Assembly: GCA_035939615.1 (NCBI GenBank)
Contig: DASZFP010000022.1
Span: forward strand, 8,912-72,911
Direction of reading: 5' to 3'
Length of the DNA: 64,000 nucleotides
Origin: Burkholderiaceae bacterium
GTDB taxonomy: Bacteria; Pseudomonadota; Gammaproteobacteria; Burkholderiales; Burkholderiaceae_F
The position numbers were made by a program, and so were the translations under genes. The notes under the pieces were generated by a model, which searched no databases, was not told where the DNA came from, and was given only the letters and a program-made list of their open reading frames with translations. Of the stretch, positions 8,462 to 18,980 are shown piece after piece (position 1 is the stretch's first letter; each line of letters opens with the position of its first letter).

Positions 8462-11400
8462 GACGCCGCCTCGGCCACTGGTGCCGGCACGGCGTGCTGC
8501 GCACCGAACAGGCGGATCAACGCCGGGATCAGGATCAGGCTGAACACGAGGCTGACGATCACGCCGCCGATATTGACGGCAGCCAGGCCGCGATAGATGA
8601 CGCTGCCCGGTCCCGGGTTGACCGCCATCGGCAGCGCGCCCAGCGCCCCCGTCAGCGTGCTGGCCAGGATCGCGCGCAGGCGCTGGTTCAAGCCCTGACG
8701 GATCGCTTCTTCCAGCGAAACTCCACCGCCTTGGGCTCCGCGAACCGCTGCCACCAGCAGGATCGAATGATTCACGATCACGCCGATCATCATAACGAAA
8801 CCGATCATCGACAGCAGATCGAGCGCCTGGAACGCCACCAGTCCGAGCACGCGCAAGCCGAGCATTCCACCGATCAGCGCCAGCGGCACCGTGAGCAGGA
8901 CCACCGCGCTGTCGCGCACCGAGCGGAACAGCGCCGTCATCAGCAGGGCCAGCACGAACAGGGCCAGGCCGAACACACGTCCCATCGTCACCAGCGTGCG
9001 GCTCAGGCTGTCGGCGCTGCCCGCCATCCGGATCGAGCCGTCCGCCGGCATCTGCGCTCGAATCTTCGGCAGCACGTCGCGGTTGATGGCGCTGAGCGCG
9101 TCCTGCAGAGACATCGAGGCGGGCGGATCGATGGTCAGGGTGACCGTGCGCCGATGATCGATGCGCCGGATCCCGGGAGGCCCCAGAACGGTCGACAGGT
9201 TCACCAGGTCTCCGAGTCTGGTCTGCTGGCCGGACGGCGTGAACAGCGGCGTTTCCGCAATCTCCTCGGGCGTCGCGCCGCCGGCTACGCGCAGCATGAT
9301 CGGCAAGCGGGTGTGGCCGTCGAAATACTCGCCCAGCCAGGCTCCCTCGCCGAGCGCGCGTACCACCGTGCCCATGGTCGCACGGTCCCAGCCCACCTCG
9401 GCGATGCGCCGATCGTCGGGCACCGCGCGCAGCTCGAGTGAGGCGGCCTCTGGATTGGGAAAGCTCTGCACGGCCGAACCCGGAAACGCCTGTTCGAGCA
9501 GGGCCCGACCGTTCAATGCGACCTGATTGAGCGCAGGCGAGTCCTCGCTTTGCAGGTGAATGCCGATCGAACGGGCCGAGCCGCCGATCCCTTCGAACAG
9601 CTCCCCTTCGAACGCGAAGGCGCGCGTATCGGGCAGATCCGTGATGATCCGCTCGCGCATCAGCGTTTCGAGCTCCCGGATCCGGTTCGGGTCTTTCACG
9701 CGGGCCCCGATCGTGCCGCCGCCGGGCCAGCTGATGATGTACCAGTTCTTCAGTTGCGGCTGGGCGGTGCCGTCCATGTACGGCTTCATCCGCTTCAGCA
9801 GCACCGGCAGCAGTTCGCGGTTGACCGTCTCCGGGCTCATTCCCGGCGGAAATGTGAAAAAGGCATCGATCGCGGCCCGCTTGACCGGCGGCAGGTAATC
9901 GAGCGGGGGCAGCAGCCAGTAGGCTCCTGCCATCGGCACCACCAGCAGCGCCGCGATCCATCCGAGCTGCTTTCCGCGCGTATCGGTCGCTTTCAGGATC
10001 CGGTCGGTCAGGCCCGGCCAGCCATGGCCGTAGCCGGAGGTGCCGGAGATGCCCTTCATCACGAACACCGCGGCCGAGGGCAGCAGCGTCAGCGCGAGCA
10101 CGATCGAGATCGCCACCGCGATCGAGATCGTCAACGCCAGGTCCCCGAAGAGCTGGCCCTCGACATCCTTCAGGAACAGCACCGGCACGAAAACGGCGAT
10201 CGTCGTGGCGGTCGAAGCAGACAGGGCCCCTGCGACCTGGCGGGCGCCCTCGCGCGCCGCCTGCGGCAGCGCAAGCCCAGTCTCGCGCAGGCGCACGATG
10301 TTGCCGGATACGACGATGGCGCCTTCGACCACCATCCCGACCGCGAAGGCCAGGCCGGCCAGCGAGATCACGTTCAGGCTGCGACCGAGCAGCTCCAGCA
10401 TGATGAAGGTGCCGAACAGGCAAAGCGGTATCGAGGCCGCGATCAGCCCGGTGATCCGAAGCTCACGCATGAACCACCACACCACGCCCAGCGCCAGCAG
10501 CGTTCCGACCACCAGGTTCTCGGTCAGCAGGCTCACCGCCCGCCGGATGAAGAGCGACGAATCGAACGACTGTTCGATGCCCAGGCCGCGCGCCTTCATC
10601 GGCCCGTCGCGCAGCTCGGCCACCGCTGCCTTGACCGCATCGAGCGTGGCCAGAGCATTGGCGCCGTTGGCGCGCCGGATCTGGATGCCGATGGCCGGGT
10701 TGCCGTTCTGGTAGGTGAAGAACTGGCGCGTCGGCGGGCTCACATCGATGCTGGCCACATCCGACAGGCGCACGGGGCGGCCGTCGCGCCAGGCCAGCAC
10801 GAGCGCGCCGAGCTGGTCCGGATCGAAGCGGCCGGTGAATCGAAGCGCGTACTGGCGGCGCCCGACGTCGAGCTGGCCGCCGGAGACGTTGTTGGCGCTG
10901 GCGGCCCGGTTTGCAATGTCCGGCAACGCCACTCCCAGCGCGGCGGCCCGGGCCGGATCGACCGTGATGTGGACGTTGTCGGGCGGGCCGGCGTTGACGG
11001 TGACGGAGGCCACCCCCGGGATCGACTCGATCCTCGGGCGGACCGTGTCCTCGATGAAGCGGCGGTGACTGCCGATCGTGCCGGGCGCGCTCGGCAGAAG
11101 CTGCACGAAAAACCAGCACAGCGTGTCGTTGGAGTTGTCGTCGCCGCCCAGCGTCACCACGGGCCGGTCCGAATCGCGCGGCAGCGGCTGCAGCCGGTTC
11201 ATCCGGCTGAGCACCTCGATCAGCGCGCTGCGCATGTCGGTGCCGATCGAAAAGCGCAGCGTGATGGCCGCCTCGCCGGCATTGGCGTTGCCCTCGAGCT
11301 CTTCGACGCCCGGCAGCCCCTGCAGCACCTTCTCGAGCGGCTCGAGGATCTCGGACTCGATTTCCTCCGGCGATGCGGTCGACCAGTTCGCCCTGATCGT

Positions 11401-11535
11401 GATTTGAGGCCGATCGATGTCCGGGAACAGCTGCAGCGGCAGCCGGGCCAGGCTCAGCAGGCCCAGCAGGGCGACGAACACCACCAGCACGACCATCGCG
11501 ACCGGGTTGCGGGTCGACCAGCTCAGAGATTCCAC
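8458..11535 (-). CDS. RND efflux permease (AcrB/AcrD/AcrF family)
   Basis: 1025 aa with a GTG start. Typical 12-TM/large-loop organisation and conserved TM4 region (AFAVGMVVEGAIVV). Confidence 0.9.
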   Translation of the reverse strand: MESLSWSTRNPVAMVVLVVFVALLGLLSLARLPLQLFPDIDRPQITIRANWSTASPEEIESEILEPLEKVLQGLPGVEELEGNANAGEAAITLRFSIGTDMRSALIEVLSRMNRLQPLPRDSDRPVVTLGGDDNSNDTLCWFFVQLLPSAPGTIGSHRRFIEDTVRPRIESIPGVASVTVNAGPPDNVHITVDPARAAALGVALPDIANRAASANNVSGGQLDVGRRQYALRFTGRFDPDQLGALVLAWRDGRPVRLSDVASIDVSPPTRQFFTYQNGNPAIGIQIRRANGANALATLDAVKAAVAELRDGPMKARGLGIEQSFDSSLFIRRAVSLLTENLVVGTLLALGVVWWFMRELRITGLIAASIPLCLFGTFIMLELLGRSLNVISLAGLAFAVGMVVEGAIVVSGNIVRLRETGLALPQAAREGARQVAGALSASTATTIAVFVPVLFLKDVEGQLFGDLALTISIAVAISIVLALTLLPSAAVFVMKGISGTSGYGHGWPGLTDRILKATDTRGKQLGWIAALLVVPMAGAYWLLPPLDYLPPVKRAAIDAFFTFPPGMSPETVNRELLPVLLKRMKPYMDGTAQPQLKNWYIISWPGGGTIGARVKDPNRIRELETLMRERIITDLPDTRAFAFEGELFEGIGGSARSIGIHLQSEDSPALNQVALNGRALLEQAFPGSAVQSFPNPEAASLELRAVPDDRRIAEVGWDRATMGTVVRALGEGAWLGEYFDGHTRLPIMLRVAGGATPEEIAETPLFTPSGQQTRLGDLVNLSTVLGPPGIRRIDHRRTVTLTIDPPASMSLQDALSAINRDVLPKIRAQMPADGSIRMAGSADSLSRTLVTMGRVFGLALFVLALLMTALFRSVRDSAVVLLTVPLALIGGMLGLRVLGLVAFQALDLLSMIGFVMMIGVIVNHSILLVAAVRGAQGGGVSLEEAIRQGLNQRLRAILASTLTGALGALPMAVNPGPGSVIYRGLAAVNIGGVIVSLVFSLILIPALIRLFGAQHAVPAPVAEAAS

Positions 11536-11721
11536 AGTGGGTTTCCGGGCTTGCGGCCTCGTCGAAGGAGGCCGAATCCTAGCCCTTCAGCCGCCGAACC
11601 GGGTGCCGATCGGACGAAATGCCACCCGCGCGGACGAAATGCCGGTGGCCGGGACGAACGGTCGTCGGCCCCGCCGGCGTGCGTCAGCCGCTCATCGAGC
11701 CGAGCCGGGACTGCGAGCCGT

Positions 11722-13467
11722 TCAGAACTCGGTCCAGCCGTCGTTCGGATTGCCGGCGGTGGCGGCGACGGCGCCCCGGCTGATTGGGCGCACTGGCTTT
11801 CTGGACCCCGTTTGGGCAACCGGATGACGGCTCGCCCTGGGGGGCGGGGAGGCGGATTTGGCGCCCCTTACGCCTTCCTGCGCGTCCGCGACAGGGCCGG
11901 CAGCCTCCTGGCGGTTGAGCTTGAACACGGCCACGACCTGGGCCAGCCGCTCGGCCTGATCCTTCAGGCTGTGCGAAGCGGCAGACGACTGTTCCACCAG
12001 CGCGGCATTCTGCTGGGTCGCCTGGTCCATCTGCGCGACCGCCTGGTTGACCTGGCCCAGCCCGGCCGACTGCTCCAGGGCCGCGCTGGTGATTTCACCG
12101 ATCAGATCGGTCACGCGCCGGACTTGCGTGACGATCTCGCCCATCGACGCGCCGGCCTGGTTGACCAGCTTCGATCCTGCATCGACCTTCTCGACGCTGC
12201 TGCCGATCACGCTTTTGATCTCGCGGGCCGCCTGCGCGCTCCTCTGGGCCAGGCTGCGCACCTCGCTCGCCACCACGGCGAAGCCGCGGCCCTGCTCGCC
12301 CGCGCGGGCGGCCTCGACCGCGGCGTTCAGGGCGAGAATATTGGTCTGGAAGGCGATGCTGTCGATGACGGTGATGATCTCGGCAATCTTCTTGCTGGCC
12401 ACCGTGATCTCTTCCATCGTGGCCACGACCTGGCCGACCACTGCTCCGCCTTCGGTGGCGGCTTCGGAGGCCGACGCGGCCAGCTGATTGGCCTGGCGGG
12501 CGCTGTCCGCGCTGGTCTTCAACGTGGCGGTCAACTCCTCCATCGCGGAAGCGGTCTCCTGCAGCGAGGAAGCCTGCTGCTCGGTCCGCGCCGACAGGTC
12601 CTGGTTGCCCGCAGCGATCTGCGAGCTGGCGCTACTCACCGCGTTCACCCCGGCGCGTACTTCGCCGACGATCCCGACCAGGGCGTCCCGCATGGTCTTG
12701 ATCGCCGCGAGCAGGCTCGAATGGTCGTCCGCGCGGGTCTGCACGTCGATCGCGAGGTTGCCGGCGGCGATTTCGCGCGCGATGTGCGCCGCGTAATCGG
12801 GCTCGCCGCCGAGCTGGCGCGTGATCGAGCGGGCCAGAAGAAAGCCCACCAGGCCGGCCAGCAGCAGCGCAACGCCGGATACCGCCAGCACCGCGGTCAG
12901 GCCCCACGCCATCGTGTTGCCCGCCTGCTCGCCCTGCTGGTGAACGAGCGTTTTCTGGGTGTCCTCGAATGCGGTGATCCCGGTGAGGTAGGCGAGCTGC
13001 AATGGCCGCGTCTCATCCAGCAGCAGCTTCTTGGCACCCGGCAGGTCGCCCGCCTCGACCAGCTTGATGAAATGCCCTTCGCTCGCCAGGTAGGTCGAAC
13101 GCTGCTGCTTCAGCGCTTCGACCGCGCGCTGTGCTGCCTCGTCGCCCAGAACCCGCCCGGCGATCCAGTTGATGATCTCGCTGCGGTTATCGCTTTCCTT
13201 GCGCAGGTCGTCGACTTCAGCCTGGATCTTCTGCTTGTCATCCAGGATCAGCGTATTGCGCGAGTGACGCGCGCTTTGCAGCAGGCTGTACTGCCAGGCG
13301 GCCGTGCGTTCGATCATCGGAACGCGCAGGTCGACCAGGTTGTCGATCTCGCTGCTCAGGCTGTGCAGCGACCCCAGGCTGGTAGCGGCGAGCACTGCGA
13401 GCAGAACCGCCAGGGAACCGAATCCGGCCGCCAGGCGGTGACTGATTTTCATCGTCGGCAATTTCAT
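11722..13467 (-). CDS. Methyl-accepting chemotaxis protein
   Basis: Two TM helices flank a helical sensor, followed by HAMP. Conserved signalling hairpin [46 protein letters not shown]. The C-terminus is ...DGWTEF. Confidence 0.9.
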   Translation of the reverse strand: MKLPTMKISHRLAAGFGSLAVLLAVLAATSLGSLHSLSSEIDNLVDLRVPMIERTAAWQYSLLQSARHSRNTLILDDKQKIQAEVDDLRKESDNRSEIINWIAGRVLGDEAAQRAVEALKQQRSTYLASEGHFIKLVEAGDLPGAKKLLLDETRPLQLAYLTGITAFEDTQKTLVHQQGEQAGNTMAWGLTAVLAVSGVALLLAGLVGFLLARSITRQLGGEPDYAAHIAREIAAGNLAIDVQTRADDHSSLLAAIKTMRDALVGIVGEVRAGVNAVSSASSQIAAGNQDLSARTEQQASSLQETASAMEELTATLKTSADSARQANQLAASASEAATEGGAVVGQVVATMEEITVASKKIAEIITVIDSIAFQTNILALNAAVEAARAGEQGRGFAVVASEVRSLAQRSAQAAREIKSVIGSSVEKVDAGSKLVNQAGASMGEIVTQVRRVTDLIGEITSAALEQSAGLGQVNQAVAQMDQATQQNAALVEQSSAASHSLKDQAERLAQVVAVFKLNRQEAAGPVADAQEGVRGAKSASPPPRASRHPVAQTGSRKPVRPISRGAVAATAGNPNDGWTEF

Positions 13468-13754
13468 TTCATGGACCTTGCAGGATTTGTCCTCAGGACC
13501 CGCGCCATCAGCGCGATCGAACGCGTGGTCAGGGCGACCATCAACGATTTGATTTTCCCGGTGCCGTGCCCTGTTGAAACGCGCGAAAAGGGGCGCGCCT
13601 CGGCTGGATGCGATCCCAGAGGCCTCGCCGGGCCGGCGTTCTATCCGGTATCTCGCGTTCCACGGCCGACCCGGAAGGCAGGGTTAGGCCTACGGCCTGA
13701 GGCGCGGACCCTGACAGAGGGCAAACGAGGGTCCAGGTCACAGGTTTCAGCTTC

Positions 13755-13772
13755 CTGTCACGGATCCGTCAT
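13755..13772 (+). promoter_or_regulatory. Pho-box-like site upstream of the PiT transporter gene
   Basis: CTGTCAC-ggat-CCGTCAT gives two 7-bp direct repeats, each 6/7 to CTGTCAT, with a 4-bp spacer. A weak -10-like GAACAT lies 10 nt downstream. The site ends 44 nt before ATG 13816. Confidence 0.4.
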
Positions 13773-13815
13773 TCGCCGGCGTGAACATGGGCCTATTCCT
13801 GGGAGGGGAGCTTCG

Positions 13816-15435
13816 ATGATGAACGCTGCAACCGCACCGGCCGCCGCCGCCGCGCCTGGCCGCCCAAGGCGCCCGGACCTGAACCGGCGTCTCGGGCCGG
13901 TGTTCATCCTGATTCTGCTGGGGCTGCTGGGCGCGGGCGTCGTTTTCGCCGGCTATAGCCTGGTCAGCGACATGAACGAGGCCGGTTCCGGGGCGACGAC
14001 CTGGCTGCCGTTCCTGCTGCTGGGGGTGGCGCTGGCGATCGCGCTGGGCTTCGAGTTCGTCAACGGGTTCCACGACACCGCCAACGCGGTGGCCACGGTG
14101 ATCTACACGCATGCACTGCCGCCGCACTTCGCCGTGGTCTGGTCGGGCGTCTTCAATTTTCTCGGCGTGCTGGTCTCCTCCGGCACGGTCGCGTTCGCCA
14201 TCATCTCGCTGCTGCCGGTCGAGCTCATTTTGCAGGTCGGATCCAGCGCGGGTTTCGCGATGGTCTTTGCGCTGCTGATCGCGGCGATCGTCTGGAACCT
14301 GGGCACCTGGTCGCTGGGCCTGCCGGCCTCGTCATCGCACACGCTGATCGGCTCGATCATCGGGGTGGGCATTGCCAACGCCCTGATGCACGGGCGCGAC
14401 GGCACCAGCGGGGTCGACTGGGGGCAGGTGACGAGGGTGGGAGAGTCGCTGCTGATCTCGCCGGTGGTGGGCTTCGTTTTCGCGGCGCTGTTGTTGTTGG
14501 TGCTGCGCAAGCTGGTCAAGAAGCCCGCGTTGTACCAGGAGCCCGCGGCCAACCAGCCGCCGCCCTGGTGGATCCGCGGAATACTCGTTCTCACCTGCAC
14601 CGGCGTGTCCTTTGCGCACGGGTCCAACGATGGGCAAAAGGGCATGGGCCTGATCATGCTGATCCTGGTCGGCACGGTGCCGACCGCCTACGCGCTGAAC
14701 CGCGCGATGAAGGCCGACCAGACCACGCAGTTCGTCGCGATGGCCCAGGTCACCCAGGCCGCACTCGTGCGCGGCGCACCCGAGGCCGCTCCCGCCGATC
14801 CGCGCGCCGCCCTGTCGGAATACGTCCGCACGCGCAACCTCACCCCGCAGGTCGTTCCCGCCCTGGCGGCGCTCGCCGGCAGCATCGCCGATCGCGTCAA
14901 AGAGCACGGTTCGCTGCGCCAGGTTCCGGCGGCGGCCGTGTCCAACGTCCGCAACGACATGTACCTCGCTTCCGAGGCGATCCGCTTTCTCGACAAGAGC
15001 GCGGCGGTCCGGTTCGATGCGGACACCCGGGCGGACCTGAAGGCGTTCAAGAAGCAGATCGATGCGGCCACCAAATTCATCCCGCTGTGGGTGAAGGTGG
15101 CGGTGGCGATCGCGCTCGGGCTGGGCACGATGGTCGGCTGGAAGCGGATCGTGGTCACCGTCGGCGAAAAGATCGGCAAAGCGCACCTGACCTACGCGCA
15201 GGGTGCATCGGCCGAGCTGGTTGCGATGATCACGATCGGCGCCGCCGACATGTTCGGGCTTCCCGTGTCGACCACGCACGTGCTGTCCTCCGGTGTGGCC
15301 GGAACGATGGCGGCCAACCGCTCGGGTCTTCAGGTGGCCACGATCCGCAACCTGCTGATGGCCTGGGTCCTGACTTTGCCGGCGGCGATCTTGCTGTCCG
15401 GATCGCTCTACTGGCTGTTCACCAAGCTTTTCTAG
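13816..15435 (+). CDS. pitA: Inorganic phosphate transporter, PiT family
   Basis: SD gggagggg precedes ATG 13816. GFEFVNGFHDTANAVATVIYT and the duplicated C-terminal signature (PVSTTHVLSSGVAG). It forms the C-terminal part of a spurious 1961-aa ORF. Confidence 0.9.
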   Translation: MMNAATAPAAAAAPGRPRRPDLNRRLGPVFILILLGLLGAGVVFAGYSLVSDMNEAGSGATTWLPFLLLGVALAIALGFEFVNGFHDTANAVATVIYTHALPPHFAVVWSGVFNFLGVLVSSGTVAFAIISLLPVELILQVGSSAGFAMVFALLIAAIVWNLGTWSLGLPASSSHTLIGSIIGVGIANALMHGRDGTSGVDWGQVTRVGESLLISPVVGFVFAALLLLVLRKLVKKPALYQEPAANQPPPWWIRGILVLTCTGVSFAHGSNDGQKGMGLIMLILVGTVPTAYALNRAMKADQTTQFVAMAQVTQAALVRGAPEAAPADPRAALSEYVRTRNLTPQVVPALAALAGSIADRVKEHGSLRQVPAAAVSNVRNDMYLASEAIRFLDKSAAVRFDADTRADLKAFKKQIDAATKFIPLWVKVAVAIALGLGTMVGWKRIVVTVGEKIGKAHLTYAQGASAELVAMITIGAADMFGLPVSTTHVLSSGVAGTMAANRSGLQVATIRNLLMAWVLTLPAAILLSGSLYWLFTKLF

Positions 15436-15488
15436 AGTCGGGCGGCCCGGCCTGTACGAACCGGTCCGGGCGCGTTACCCTGGAAGCC

Positions 15489-16763
15489 ATGTCGAACACC
15501 GACGCAGGCGCGGCGGACTACGTCGCGAGCGAGCCGGCCAGCGCCGGCGGATGGACGCGCTGGGTTCAGCTCGGCCTGGGGGTGGTCTGCATGATGGCGA
15601 TCTCCAGCCAGCAGTACACCTGGACGTTGTTCACCAAGCCGTTGAGCACCGCGCTCGGGGTCAAGCTGCCCGAGCTGCAGGTGACCTTCTCCATCCTGAT
15701 CGTCCTGCAGACTTTCCTGTCGCCGCTGCAGGGGTTCCTGGTGGACCGCTTCGGACCCAGGTTCCTGATATCGGTCGGCACGCTGCTGAGCGGAGCCAGC
15801 TGGATGCTGGCTTCGCACGCCACCACGCTCACCGCGCTCTATCTGAGTTATGGCCTGCTGGGAGGCATCGGAACCGGCATCGTGTACATCGGCGTGGTCA
15901 GCCAGATGGTCAAGTGGTTCCCGGAGCGGCGCGGCTTCGCGGTCGGCATGGTCGCGGCGGGTTACGGCATGGGCGCGATCCTGACGACGTTCCCGATCTC
16001 CTCGAGCATCGCCAGCGCCGGCTACCAGCCGACGCTGTGGACGTACGGGCTCATCTTCGCGGTCGTCGGTGTGCTGGCCGCGCAGGGGCTGAAGCGCTCG
16101 CCACACGAGCAGCAGGCCCTGGGAAGCGGCCACCTGGAACGGCTCCCGGGCGTGACTCCAGCCCGGATGCTGACGACGCCCGTCTTCTGGCTGCTGTTCG
16201 TGATGATGACGATGATGTCCACCTCTGGCCTGATGGTCATCTCACAGACGGCCGCGTTCGCGCGCGATTTCGGAGTCGCCTCGGTCATCGTGTGGGGCTT
16301 TGCCGCGTTGCCCCTGGCGCTGACCATCGACCGCGTCACCAATGGGCTGACCCGGCCGTTTTTCGGGTGGTTGTCGGACAACATCGGGCGGGAAAAGACG
16401 ATGTTCATCGCGTTCCTGCTCGAAGGTCTGGCGATGACGGCGTGGCTGCAGTTCCGCGCGGACCCGGTTTTGTTCATCCTGCTGTCGGGCCTGGTGTTCT
16501 TCGGCTGGGGCGAGATCTTCTCGCTGTTTCCCTCCACCCTGACCGACACGTTCGGCGAGCGCCATGCGACCACGAACTACGGGTTCCTGTACATGGCGCA
16601 GGGGGTAGGCTCGGTGCTGGGTGGGCCGATGGCTGCCAGGCTGCACGATGTCACGGGCAGCTGGATCCCGGTATTCGGCGTGGTGATCACGCTGGACCTG
16701 CTCGCCGCGGTGTTGGCGATCGTGGTGCTCAAGCCGCTCAGAAAGAAGCTGAAGTATCTGTAG
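15489..16763 (+). CDS. MFS transporter, oxalate/formate antiporter (OFA)-like
   Basis: 424 aa with 12 predicted TM helices. N-terminal WTRWVQLGLGVVCMMAISSQQYTWTLF and LVDRFGPR motifs typical of OFA-family MFS proteins. Confidence 0.8.
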   Translation: MSNTDAGAADYVASEPASAGGWTRWVQLGLGVVCMMAISSQQYTWTLFTKPLSTALGVKLPELQVTFSILIVLQTFLSPLQGFLVDRFGPRFLISVGTLLSGASWMLASHATTLTALYLSYGLLGGIGTGIVYIGVVSQMVKWFPERRGFAVGMVAAGYGMGAILTTFPISSSIASAGYQPTLWTYGLIFAVVGVLAAQGLKRSPHEQQALGSGHLERLPGVTPARMLTTPVFWLLFVMMTMMSTSGLMVISQTAAFARDFGVASVIVWGFAALPLALTIDRVTNGLTRPFFGWLSDNIGREKTMFIAFLLEGLAMTAWLQFRADPVLFILLSGLVFFGWGEIFSLFPSTLTDTFGERHATTNYGFLYMAQGVGSVLGGPMAARLHDVTGSWIPVFGVVITLDLLAAVLAIVVLKPLRKKLKYL

Positions 16764-16779
16764 AAAGCTGCTTCCAAGT

Positions 16780-16810
16780 GGGAGAGGGGAGAAAGTTGCT
16801 CCCCTCTCCC
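16780..16810. terminator. Perfect 12-bp stem hairpin between convergent genes (REP-like, bidirectional terminator candidate)
   Basis: gggagaggggag - aaagttg - ctcccctctccc. It lies between the MFS stop (16763) and the phosphoesterase stop (16818). Confidence 0.5.
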
Positions 16811-16817
16811 GCCCGAA

Positions 16818-18980
16818 CTAATCCGACGAGACCGACCGGAGCAGCTGCTCGGCCGCCTCGGTCAGGCTTTGCGCCCGGCCCTCGTCGATCGGCTGATTGC
16901 CGAAGGCCGCGCCCTCGAGCATCTGGATCATGCTGGCGGCGATCGCGTTGCGCTGCTGGGTCAGGGCCGTGAGGCTGCTCACGTACGCGCCGTAGGTCGC
17001 ATCGTCGCTCGCGACGGCGCGGGTCGACACCGACAGGGAGGCGCGCCCCAGCGAGCCGCGCGGTGCATCGATCGCCTTGTAGGCGTCGGCCAGCCGCAGC
17101 AGTGTCTCGCGATGCTGCTGGGCCGAGTTCGGCAGCGCGGAACTCTGCAGCACTTCGAACAGCACGCGTCCGTCGTGTGCATAGTCGTCCGTCAGGCCGG
17201 CCAGCGCCAGCAGTGTCGGGCGAATATCCGTGTGATCCGAGAACGGCTGATCCGACACGCCCAGCGGGCGCACTCCGGGGCCGACGATGCCCAGCCAGGT
17301 CCGGGTGATGTCCTCCTGGAAGTCGCCGTGGTTCCAGTTGAAGCCCGGCTGCTGGTTGGAACAGGCCGCCAGCGACGCGCACGCGGTCGCTTTGCTGCTG
17401 GCCGTCAGATAGAAGTCCGGGTTGCCAAACAGCGTGAAAGTGGGCGTCCTGGCCGGGTCGCTCGTGACCATGTGCAGCAGCGCCATCTCGGCCGGGTCGG
17501 CCATCGCGGCCATCACCGGGACATTCCTGCTGACGATGGGATCGAAGCCCTGCAGCGCGCCCATGTGGTGCTCCAGGGCGCGAGTGGACGCAGCGGTGGG
17601 TCCCGGCTGACCGAGCACGTAGACGTTCGGGGCCGAGTCGCTGTGCACGGAAAACGCCGGCGGTGTGGTCGCCGGATACTCGGTCAACAGCAACGCCCGC
17701 AGATCCGCGCCGACCTCGCCCAGGTTGGTCGTCGTGCAAGCCACGCTGTCGCCGTCGCACCCGGCCGGCAGCCGGATATACGTGCACGGCGTGTGGATGC
17801 CGTCGCATCCGGCCGGGGCGCCCGCCTGGCCGGCGAAGTGATCGTTCTCGTCGGCGGTGATGATGAACAGTGTGTTGTCCTTCGTGATGCCGTCGCTGCT
17901 CAGGCGCGCGAAGAACTTGCCGAACGCCTCGTTGTATGCGGCCAGCTGCTGCACGTAGCCGGTCTCGCCGGGGCCGTAACTGCCGGAGAACGTAAAGTGG
18001 TTGTCATGGGCGTCGGCGATGTACGCGTACACGACCGGTACCCCCGCCTCCAGCATCGTCGCCACGTATCCGAGTGTCTGCGAAGCCGACGGATCGAATC
18101 CCGGGAATCCGACATGGCCGTTGCCATCGTCGATCACGTGGCCATCGATGTCATTGACGGACGGCTGTCCGTGATTGATCCGCGGGGCGACGAAGTAGTT
18201 GCCGAACAGCGCGTCAAATCCGAGGTAGCCGCCCGGCTCGTCCGGCAACTTGTCCGCCTGGCCCGATTCTGCGCAGATCGGACTGTGGCGGGCGCAGTGG
18301 ATTGCAATCCCCTCGAAGTCGGCCACGGCCTGGTCGAAATTGGAGGCCGCTTCCGCTGCTTCCCACGACGCCGATCCGAACACGTTGTTGATGTCGGAGC
18401 CGACATTCTCGAATTCGATGTTCGCCGTCGAAAAAGCGCCGAAGTCACAGCCGGCCCGCGTGAACGGCACCCAGGGGGCGGGATGGGTCTTGCCGCTCTG
18501 GTCGATCATCTGCGGTTTGCCGTCCGGCGCCGTATCGGTCCAATAGCCGAACGAGCTGGAAAAGCCGACCGACCCGTCCGGGCGGAAGTAGCCATACGAG
18601 TTGGCCACGGGCTGCCCGTGCTTGTCGCCGTAGACGCCGGTCAGGGTCGTGATGATGTCATCGGCCGTATGCGAGATGAGCGGGGTGTGATGGTTGTTCA
18701 ACAGGACCCCGTTGTCCTCCAGAAAGTTGAGCAGGTTCGGCATCTGCTCAAGGTCGGACGGCACATTCGGGTTGTCGCGACGGAAATGCACATTGTCGAA
18801 CTGGATATGAACGATGTGCCGGATCGCGCTGCCGGCCGAATTCAGGCGGCAGCCCTCGCCGTCCTCCTGTGCGGCTGCGGTGGCGCAGATTGCGCTGGCG
18901 ATCAGCGCGAATGCCGCCAGCAACGATGGGAAGACCGGTTTGAGGCGACGGGAAAAACGGGGGACTGCGAGCGCGGCCAT
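16818..18980 (-). CDS. Secreted alkaline-phosphatase-superfamily phosphoesterase
   Basis: Strong SD aggaaggag. Signal peptide (SLLAAFALIASAICATAAA). HIVHIQFDNVHF, LFIITADENDHF and NWNHGDF resemble the metal-site strands of the phosphoesterase/sulfatase-like core. The exact substrate is unknown. Confidence 0.7.
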   Translation of the reverse strand: MAALAVPRFSRRLKPVFPSLLAAFALIASAICATAAAQEDGEGCRLNSAGSAIRHIVHIQFDNVHFRRDNPNVPSDLEQMPNLLNFLEDNGVLLNNHHTPLISHTADDIITTLTGVYGDKHGQPVANSYGYFRPDGSVGFSSSFGYWTDTAPDGKPQMIDQSGKTHPAPWVPFTRAGCDFGAFSTANIEFENVGSDINNVFGSASWEAAEAASNFDQAVADFEGIAIHCARHSPICAESGQADKLPDEPGGYLGFDALFGNYFVAPRINHGQPSVNDIDGHVIDDGNGHVGFPGFDPSASQTLGYVATMLEAGVPVVYAYIADAHDNHFTFSGSYGPGETGYVQQLAAYNEAFGKFFARLSSDGITKDNTLFIITADENDHFAGQAGAPAGCDGIHTPCTYIRLPAGCDGDSVACTTTNLGEVGADLRALLLTEYPATTPPAFSVHSDSAPNVYVLGQPGPTAASTRALEHHMGALQGFDPIVSRNVPVMAAMADPAEMALLHMVTSDPARTPTFTLFGNPDFYLTASSKATACASLAACSNQQPGFNWNHGDFQEDITRTWLGIVGPGVRPLGVSDQPFSDHTDIRPTLLALAGLTDDYAHDGRVLFEVLQSSALPNSAQQHRETLLRLADAYKAIDAPRGSLGRASLSVSTRAVASDDATYGAYVSSLTALTQQRNAIAASMIQMLEGAAFGNQPIDEGRAQSLTEAAEQLLRSVSSD

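Noticed and set aside
7364-10423. A 1019-aa minus-strand ORF apparently fusing the adaptor with upstream sequence
   Set aside because: The part upstream of 8461 is an alternative frame of the RND permease gene, with Arg/Gly/Pro-rich nonsense and no motifs. The adaptor has its own ATG overlapping the pump stop.
9550-15435. A 1961-aa uninterrupted ORF on the plus strand
   Set aside because: Only its last 540 codons (13816-15435) form a recognisable protein (PiT transporter) with its own SD. The rest runs antisense to the RND pump and MCP genes and through two intergenic regions. It translates to low-complexity Arg/Gly/Ala/Pro-rich sequence, as expected for stop-poor antisense frames in GC-rich DNA.
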